A stretch of 64,000 bases of DNA, taken from assembly GCA_965112735.1 (NCBI GenBank), contig OZ218953.1, positions 310,001 through 374,000 of the forward strand. The letters are read 5' to 3'. The position numbers and the translations under genes were made by a program. The DNA comes from Phaeosaccion multiseriatum (taxonomy: Eukaryota; Protista; Ochrophyta, other classes). Positions 26,789 through 35,700 of this stretch are shown piece after piece (position 1 is the stretch's first letter; each line of letters opens with the position of its first letter). The notes under the pieces are model-generated. The model ran no database searches. It saw only the letters and a list, made by a program, of their open reading frames with translations, and was not told the DNA's origin.

Positions 26789-29700
26789 ATGGCGATCGAA
26801 GCACCAAATAACACGCTGAAGGTCACAGGTGAGAAGGTTTTACCACAAACCCAAATTTCCCTCTCATCTTCCTTGTCGTGACAGTTCTTTCACCGCCGCT
26901 CTCTTGTCTCTTCTCTCGCCCCCCTTCTCTCCTGCCCCGCCTCTTCTCTCCACCCCCCTCAGTGGCCTCGGGGAAGTATCTTCGAGCGAAGAAGAAGACC
27001 AGCAGAGGTACGATGCAAGAAGATAATATATGGCCTCGTCTGTGGTGCTGTTGCTCCTCATTCTACACCAAGTCGTCCCTCGAAGGCCCCAAAGGGGTTA
27101 AGGGGTGGCTTTGCGCTCGGCCTTATGCTTATGCTGCCCCTCTCTGCGTGATCGTGTGGCGTGATTTCCATCTCAATTTTTCGCCCGCACCTTTCTTTCG
27201 TCCATCTGTCTTTCTCTCTCGTCTTATGCACGCAACCGCCCACCTTCCACCTGGCATGCTGCACCGTAGCGTATGATCAGCTCCTCGCCGAGGTCGAGCT
27301 CAAGTCCTACCCTGTCCTGACACTGAAAAAGACGGGAGAGGAGCAGCGCGGAACTCCCATCGCAGGCAGCGCACCGCAGTGGGGCCAGTCCTTCGAGTTC
27401 AAGGGTGAGTGCGTGAGAGCGTGAGCGGGTGAGAGCGTGAGTGGGTGAGTGGGTGAGTGGGTGAGTGGGTGGGGATGGGTGGTTGAGTGAGTGGGTGAGC
27501 GGGTGAGTGGGTGAGTGGGTGAGCGGGTGAGTGAGTGATGAGTGAGAGAAGTGGGTAGGGAAAGCCCCGAGGCGCGCAAGCTCGGTGGAACCCACACATC
27601 TGTGTGCACCCGGCCGACTGGAGGATGCGTTTTTAGTCTCATTTTTGCATACATCAAGGACTGACTAGACGAGGGACGCACTCCGCTTCATCTCATACTC
27701 TGGCTCGCCGTAAATGTGCTTACGCTGCGTCTGTATGTATGTGTGTGTGCATGCAGCAACACTTGGTAAGAACGACATCCTCCTCGTGGAGATTTTTGAC
27801 GAGCCCTCCTCCGAGTCGGGGTCTGGGGATGGAAAGCTGACGGCGGCCAACTCATTGGGAACCGCAACAGTCAAGGTGAGAGCAGAATGTCCATGAACGC
27901 GTTGTATGGCACGCGATCGGGTTGTGTTGTAGGGGCCTCGTTAAGGAAGACTCACCCCCGCCTGTGATGGCTCCTGCCGAATTATGTTCGCACGGTTCGC
28001 CCCTCCTCCCCCCCACCCCCCCGCCCTGTTCGGAGCAGGGCCTGAACTTGGAGTCCCATGGCTGGTACGAGCTCAACTTTGCGGACTTCTCACCAAAGGG
28101 AGACTCCAAGCCCAAGATTTATGTCTCCACCGAGTACGTCATCAACAAGGCACCCGAGGAGGCACCCCCGACCGCCAAAGATACCGTTGTTAAGAAGGCC
28201 ATGGAGGAGACAAAGGGCATCGTCCAGGACGTGAAGGAGACGACGGGAGAAGGCGTGGAGAAGGCGAAGGGTGGCGTGGAGGAGACGAAGGGAGAAGACG
28301 GGGAGGAGGCAAAGAAGACGAAGAGCCGCGTGAAGGAAGCGAAGGAGACGAAGGGCGGTGTGGACGAGAAGATGGGAAAAGGCGTGGAGGAGGCGAAGGG
28401 AAAAGGCGTGGAGGAGGCGAAGGGAGAAGGCGTGGAGACGGCGAAGGGAGAAGGCGTGGAGGAGACGAAGGGAGAAGGCGGGAAGGAGGCGAAGGGAGAA
28501 GGCGGGAAGGAGGCGAAGGGAGAAGGCGGGAAGGAGGCGAAGGGAGAATGCGGGAAGGTAAGAATAGAGGCATACGTGTGGGGCGAGGGGGGGGGGGAGG
28601 AAGTGATGGGAAAGAGGGAGGGACGGAGGGGGGGAGGGAGGGAAAAAAATTGAGGGTGAGGGTGAGTATGGGAAGGAAGGGAGGGTGGGAGACTAGAGGC
28701 AGACGTACACATGTACGCGAAGAAATCTACTTTTGCTCTTTCTCTCCATGTCCATGCTCTCCTTTCTCACGCTTGTCTTGCCCACATCTCTCTCCCCTCC
28801 TCTCTCACGCTTGTCTTGCCCACGTCTCTCGCTCTCCCTCTCTCTCGCTCTCCCTCCCTTCCCCGGTGGAACAAAAACAACACAAAACACGAAAGAAGGA
28901 CGTTTTCGACCGCACCTTGGGACACTTGAGCGGGCCGCGGCATCAATGCCTGCGCTCTGAGTGGTACTACGAGAACTGCAAGGGTGCATACCGCTTCGTC
29001 GCCGAGGCGCCCGTCATTGGCCTCTTTGCGCCCGTGGTGGAGACCGTGGCCGAGACTGCTCTGAGCATCACCCCCTTCGCCAAGTCAGAGCCCGACGAAG
29101 GGGGGGAGGTGGTCAAGTCGGTGGAAAAGCTGGACAAACACTTCACGGTGAGTGAGTGAGTGAGTGAGTGAGTGAGTGAGTGAGTGGGTGTGTGGGTGGG
29201 TGGGTGGGTGGGATGAGCTCTTGACCCATTACTCCTTGCCTTATGTCCATACATAGAAGACTTCGTCTCAACCACGCAATCCCCCCCCCCTTAATTGGGT
29301 ACGCTTCGCTCACTGACTCATTACACACACACGCACACACACACGCACACACACACGTACGCACACACACACACACGCACACACACACAGGGCGCACTGA
29401 ACGGACTGGACAATGCGCTGGACAATGGCAAAGACTCGTGCATCGACGGCGTGCTGTCCGTCAAGGACAACATCAAAGGCTTCAACCCGGACGACAAGCC
29501 CGTGCACGAGGCGGTGTTCGACGTTGCCTGGGAGGCGCCTGGCGTGGCGGTCGGAGCGGTGACTCATGTCGCGGGGACGGCCTTGGCGATTCCAGGCAAG
29601 GCCGTCGGAGCCGTTGGCGGCGTCATTGGTGGTGTCTGGAATTCGCTCACGGGTGGTGGGGGTAAGGAGGCGGACAAGAGTGCCGAGGAAAAGGACAAGG

Positions 29701-29843
29701 CCACCGAGGAGATGACACCCGAAGAGACTGCCGCAGCCACTGAGGGCGAGAGGGAGGGGAAGGAGGGGAAGGAGAGGGCTACCGAAGGGGACAAGAAGAA
29801 GAGTGCCACTCCCATCAGCCCGCCCGTTGTGGCCCTTGTCTGA
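26789..29843 (+). CDS. C2-domain protein with 8-aa charged repeats and a perilipin/REF-like amphipathic C-terminus
   Basis: Spliced exons give MAIEAPNNTLKVTVASGKYLRAKK..SYPVLTLK..APQWGQSFEFK..LLVEIFDE..LGTATVK..HGWYEL (C2 fold pattern), then (EEAKGEGV)-type repeats, then WYYENCKGAYRFVAEAPVIGLFAPVVETVAETAL..LDKHFTGALNGLDNALD; TGA 29841-29843. Confidence 0.7.
28237..28557 (+). repeat. Coding 24-bp minisatellite encoding (E/K)EAKGEG(V/G) repeats
   Basis: Tandem GGAGGCGAAGGGAGAAGGCG(T/G)G-type units, most regular at ~28380-28557. Confidence 0.85.
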
Positions 29844-30299
29844 GGCGATGAGGCATGTTTGGGCTGTCTGCATGTGGCACGTGACTGGCCCTCCCTCCTG
29901 GACTTGTATGCTGCCTTACTCGCTCGCGGGAGGGGACTGAAGAGGGGAGGAGGAAAGGAAACAGGGGAGGCAGCACATCAGCAACCGAGTGTGCGAGGGC
30001 AGGCCAAGGCTGGTATTAATGGCTGCAATTTTGATTCACAGTGGCGGGAGAGGTAGCGAGGGCGGGGGGGGGGGGGGGGAGAGAGAGAAGGAGGAGGAGG
30101 CGGAGGTGGAGATGGGCCGTAGAGCAGTAGCCTCTTTACGCAGCGCTTGTTTAGTTTGTTTTTGACGAGGGAAGGGGAGCGAGAGAGTGGACATCTTTGT
30201 TTGTTAGTATTTTTGTGTTGATAGGTGATAGGAGGAGGTTAGGGACAGGTGGGAGGTGGTGGTAGGACATTTGGGGGGATGTATAAGTCAATGGTCAAG

Positions 30300-30715
30300 G
30301 GTTGTGTGGACTGTGGTAGTGTGGAGCCTTCACAGACCATACACCTACACTTGAGGTAGGGGTTGGACAACCCGCTGCTTTCTTCTCTGTTCAAAATATA
30401 TGTACGATACGTCGACGCGTGATTCAGTATGCTTTTCGTCGCCAGGCAAGTAGAACACCACCGGCAAGTTTTCTCGCCCCTCATGCACTGACGACGTCAT
30501 TGACAACTCCATAGTGCCATAGTGCTGGGCCTCAAACAGCACCACAGCAGGTCTTCCTCTTGATGGGCCGCCACGCCACCTGATGGTTCGCAGCGGTTGC
30601 CGAGAAGCACCTCGAGTGGAACTGGCTGGCTCCTCCACGTCTTCGAGGAGTGCGAGAATGGCCTCATGCCGGTGAGAAGGTGGGTGCATGCTAGGCCTCG
30701 CTCTTGTGGTGTCAT
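30300..30715 (-). pseudogene. Degraded coding-like fragment of unknown family
   Basis: Protein-like stretch (VVLFEAQHYGTMELSM..LPVVFYLPGDEKH..VDVSYIYFEQRRK) followed by several in-frame stops; lies next to a TIR element. Confidence 0.3.
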
Positions 30716-30755
30716 ACGGTTCTGTAGCGGCGCTGAGCGACCAGCCAGTCAACCC

Positions 30756-31626
30756 CATGCACGTCTAGCGGCTTGGCTCTAGGCCTCTAGGCCGCTCTAG
30801 GCCGTTCACTTTTCAGTCCTAGGCGGCCTCTAGCTAGCCCGCCTCTAGGCAGCCTCTAGGCAGCCTCCCGGCGCGTGCGTGGCGCCGCCCACCAGTGGCA
30901 GTAGCACACGCTCTAGGCAGCCTCTAGGCAGCCTCCCGGCGCGTGCGTGGCGCCGCCCACCAGTGGCAGTAGCACACCTGTAGGCCTGGGCATGCACTCC
31001 TCGCAGGGCAGGCGAGGCGGAAAGAGACAGCACAGACCTGTGCACGCTGCGTAAATACTCCGGGCTGGACGGCTTCAGAGCGCTGCAGGGCGACGGCGAT
31101 GACGCGGAGTGCGTTGTTTGTGCTATGGTCTCTCGGCACTCAAGTCATCGGCCTGCTACGAGCAGGTTAGGCAATCAGTACACATCAAGACTATTGGAGA
31201 GGGATCCGCTCGAGCGGGCGAGCTTGAACCACTCTTAAGATGAGGAGGTGTAGAGGGGAGACGGATGTCGTGATGTGTGTGTGTGTGTATGTGTGGCGCT
31301 CAGAGCAGCAGCCAGAGGCAGGTGGCGGGCCCCGGGGTGGAGGAAGGGAGGGCGAAGCGAGCTAGGCACGGAGAGACAGAAGAGTGAGGGGACAAAGAAG
31401 ATACATGCACATAAGCATCTATCATATACTGTCCTTTGACTTCAATACTCTACTGTAAGACACTTGGGCGGGCTCCGGGCGAGCCCAGGGGCATGCATAC
31501 TCCCCTCTCGGCCTACGCCTAGCTAGGCGCCCGCCCCAGGCCGCGGCCTAGAAATAGGCCGAGGGCCTACTGCCCTCTCTAGGCCAGACAATTTCCCAAA
31601 TCGGCCTAGGCCGCTAGGTGTGCATG
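30756..31626. mobile_element. Non-autonomous TIR DNA element with CTCTAGGC subterminal repeats (or two adjacent MITEs)
   Basis: 17-bp inverted repeats with 2 mismatches: CATGCACGTCTAGCGGC (30756-30772) and GCCGCTAGGTGTGCATG (31610-31626). Flanks CAACCC and CTACCC are a possible TSD. CTCTAGGC arrays in the left arm, GCCTAG in the right arm; perfect 67-bp direct repeat at 30843-30909 and 30911-30977. Confidence 0.6.
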
Positions 31627-31676
31627 CTACCCCTACTCAAACTATAACTAAATGAAAACGAAGCAATCAAAGGCAG

Positions 31677-32550
31677 AGGACACCAACGACACCGAGCAAA
31701 GCCACAGCGAACAACGAAGCGACAAGTCACCTCAAGCTCCTCTAATCACCAACATCCATCCCAATCACAACGGAATGAATGCCGTCAGCTCAGTACGAGT
31801 ATATATATAAAATAAAGAGAAAAAAGTACAACCCAAATACCATGGCTAGGCCACCAACGTGGACTAGAGAACGACTGCCCCAGCAGTTCCCTACTCATCA
31901 CCAACACCGACCAGAAAGGATGAGTGCCACACACTAGGATGCTACAGCCCCTCTGTAGCACCACCTTGACTTGCTTGTTTACACGCGCCTAGCTCCCCCC
32001 CGCGACAAATCCACATGCTAGTACCCTACGTTATCTTACTTAAGGGGGGCAACTCCACCTTCGCCCTAGACCCCCCTTGCCGGGGCACTCTATGAGGAGG
32101 CAACGCCCAAGCTCCCCTACTACCTACTCACCTATCCACTATCCACTAACTACAAGTATATGAATACGAACCAATAATGAAAGAAACAGGACACCAGCCA
32201 CAGCTAACAACGAAGAGACAAGTCCGAAGACACGCTCCTCTAATCACCAACATCCATCACAATCAGAACGGAATGAATGCCGCCAGCCAGCTCAGTACGA
32301 GAGTGCAAAACCCAGTCAGAGAAAAAAAGGTCTGACAAGGGAAGAACGCAACCCGACCCCCAAAGAATAATGCACTTAAAACAAAAGTACAACCCAAATA
32401 GCATGGCTGAGGCTACCAACGTAGAGAAAGACTGCCCCAGCAGTTCCCTACTCATCACCAACACCCACCAGAAAGGATGAGTGCCACCACACTAGGATGC
32501 TACAGCCCCTCTGTAGCACCACTTGCTTGTTTTCGTGTTCAACACGCGCC
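31677..32550. repeat. Degenerate ~0.5-kb tandem duplication downstream of MACPF gene copy 1 (also ~43765-44475)
   Basis: Blocks such as GCTCCTCTAATCACCAACATCCATC and CTACTCATCACCAACAC..CCAGAAAGGATGAGTGCCAC..CTAGGATGCTACAGCCCCTCTGTAGCACC occur at ~31736/32234 and ~31892/32447, and again after 43800 and 44160. Confidence 0.8.
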
Positions 32551-32719
32551 AACACCCCGCCTCGTCTAGCTAAGCTCCTTCGTACGAGGAATCACGCCCC
32601 AGCAGGTCAGCCGAGTCCAATGGCCGAAGAGAAAGGCGGCGCTTGTTGACGAACCCTTAGCTACTGCTCCGTTGTCGATCGGCCGTGCTCAGCTCTCCAG
32701 TCTCTCGGACTCGATCCCC

Positions 32720-35700
32720 TTACGAGATGGGCATGACTGTCCACTGAATCACCGACTGCTTGTTCACGGGTACACCCTTGACGGCGGCCATCATTGTCTT
32801 ATCCGAGCCGCGGTCCTTAGTGTCCTTCTTATCTGAAACAGACAGGGAGCCAGTCTCGCACGTGAGCGTGATCTGTGGGGCACACCACAGCCATAACATA
32901 GGCGGGTGAGGAAGGGAGGGGGGAGAGTGGAAGAGTGGAGCGGTGGAGGGGGGAGCAACAAGCGCAGGGGCGGAACAAGGTGGAAGGGAGGGAGCGAAGG
33001 AGGGAAGGAGGACGAGGGCGGGGGAGCGGGGGAGCAATTTAGGGAAGGGCAGGGGGGAGAGCAGGGAAAGGAGGGCGGTAGAGGAAGGAGCGAGTGAGGG
33101 GAAGAGAGAGAGAAGGGGGAAGGGGGGAGGGAGGCGGAGAGAAGAGAAAGGGGGTTGATGGCAAGACGGGTAGATCATAACCAAGAGGAATCAAGAGGAT
33201 CTGCTGCACTACTCAAGTGTGTGTCTGAAACTGCTATAGCTAGGGAGGCCAAGAGGAAGAGCAAGGAAGCATGAAAGGAAAGATGCGAAGCGGGCAAGGA
33301 AGGAAGGCTCCAGGCAGGGAAAACTATACACACAAAACAAACACAAAACAGACAGAGACGGTCGGAAGCGAAGGCACACGCACTCACCACGTCGCCGTAG
33401 CGGACACGCGTCTGATGCAGTGTGGGGGTACCTCCGATCGCTCTCTTAACGATGCGGATAGTCCACTTGGTCTTGGTCGCGTATGGCTTGACCATGATCT
33501 TGCCGTCTGGGATCTTGTAGTTGGTTAGATACAAGTTGTCCTTGGGGGCGCACTTGCTCTTGATCCTTTGACGGTGCGGGGCTTGGGCAGTCATGGCTCT
33601 TCCTTTCGGTCGGAGCTGATTTTGGGGGGTAAGCAAACACCGAGCGTTGGGAAGGGCGAACAAGAACGGCCAGTTTCAGTGCCAGCCAGTGCACGGACGG
33701 ATTCATCACACACCCCAAGTCAAGCAAAGACGGGAGAAGAGGGTATCAGCCAAGGTCAACGTCGAGTACTAACTAGCAGGATTGCAGGGCTACAGCCCCC
33801 ATCAGCCAAGCCTGACTTGCTTCATTCACACTCTTTTTCTTACTTTGCTTCCTATAGTGCAGGGTGAAGGGGAGTTCCAGAAATTGCATGCCGGGCACTT
33901 TTTCACTCCCTTACCATGTTCTTAACGAAGACTTCATCTCCGTGCTTGACCCCTCCGACGGTGGTTCCTGGGTTTTGCAGCTGCCATTGCGCCTCAACTT
34001 GCTCATCTTTAGCCGAGGCAACCGCCAAGGTGTCGTAAACAACTTCCTCGTTCTGGAAGGCCCATTTCTCCATTGCTTTCATCTGCCCGACGAACGTCTC
34101 CATTTGCCGAACGACTCCCTTCCCGTGGTTGTTATAGTACCGGTTACCGTTATTTCTGGTCCTCTTTCGGGTAGTCGTCTCGAACTTTCGAAGTCCAATG
34201 AGCCTTTTAGCTCGGGCATCTTACCCTTGGAGCCTAGTCTCCTCCCCTAATATGTAGGGGGGGGGGACGGTGGAGACACGGTGGAGACAACATCATTCAG
34301 CAAGAAGAAGCAAGTTCATGGGAGTTGGAGAGAAGAAGAGAGCGAACGAGAAGGCAGACGCACGTTATCTCACCTGGTCGCTGAAAGCGCGATACGCCGC
34401 CAGTATCTGCGTCTTTGCAGGCCGCAGAACTTGATCCTGTGACCACTTCAAGGTGTAGTAGTGCTGACCGTTCCTATCCTTGAACTTCTGAATGGCCTTC
34501 TCGACAATCTTCTCTCTACTGGCCAGCTGCTCGTCCGTCAGTGAGAAGTATACGGGCACACATTCCACTCAAATGTTAGTATCGTGGTATGGCAAGGAGC
34601 TAGGGATTTTCGAGACGCACAAAATGAGAGATCTGAAACATGTTAGCCTTGTGTCGCCTTGGCCACCACCTTCCTCTCCCCCTCCCCCCTCTCTTCCCTT
34701 TCTTTACTAAAGGAAATGATGACTTCTTTCAAAAACGAAATGATGAAACCATCGGGGCTCTGTGAAATCATCGCCATCGAGTCTCCTCCTGACTGAACTG
34801 AACTTCCTTTTCTCTAAGGCTCTACGGAGCAAACTTACCGGCACAGACCGGTCGTAGCGAGTGCGGACGGCAGAGTCAAGCAATTCCTTGGTTCCGACGC
34901 TCTCGAGGCTGAGGAGCGAGTGGTAGCCGTCGAACTGCAGCTCCGGGTGTTTTGCCCGCGTCGCGGCGTCTCCGAGGAAAAGATCCAGAAGGTATGGGGG
35001 TGCGTCCCTCTTGAAGCGCTCGGCCAGATCTGTCCAGTTGCCGTAGGAGAGGTCTTCACTCAGCTTCTTCACCTGCAGGACGGACTCGTCCTTGGCGACG
35101 TCAAGGCCGTCGATGAGATTAAAGTCGGTGGCGGCGTCCGTGAATCCGTCAAAAAACAGGTCGTTCCAGTTCTTGACGCTCAAGGGCTCCAGCTCGCTCA
35201 TATCTACGCAGCTCTTGACAGCGGCCTTCACTACGCTCGCGACGAAGGCTTCCTTCTTGGCGTCACCGTCGTCGCCTATTGGGGTGGGGCGGGGTCCAGC
35301 CAGGCACAGGCACAGAGAAAGGCGACGGGTGAGCTGCTACGCACATTTCCCCTGAGGTTGATTCTTACTTTGTTCATGATAGCACCCTTCTCACACACAT
35401 TAAGCACTTGAACGACCATCTCCCATTTGTGTGCTACGCAAAATACGCCGCCTTCTGGTGCCTTTCCGTGTTCGTTCTTGTCGCGGAGATGAAATCGACA
35501 ACAGGGGCGCGGAACGCTCCGACCGGCTGAAGTGTGTGTGTATATGTATGTGACTGTGGCCATCAATGGTGCGATGAGCTATGACCGCAGCAATACCAAG
35601 TGGGACACACACCCTTGCCTTAGCGAGAAGCTCGTGAGAATTGCCATCCTCCTTGCCTGAACATACCTTCCCAGTCGCCTGACTCGGCCGGCTTGGCCAC

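Noticed and set aside
32310-32460. C/D box snoRNA in the 3' repeat (minus-strand GTGATGA ... CTGA)
   Set aside because: Boxes are far apart, there is no terminal stem, and the D-box region is missing from the sister repeat unit.
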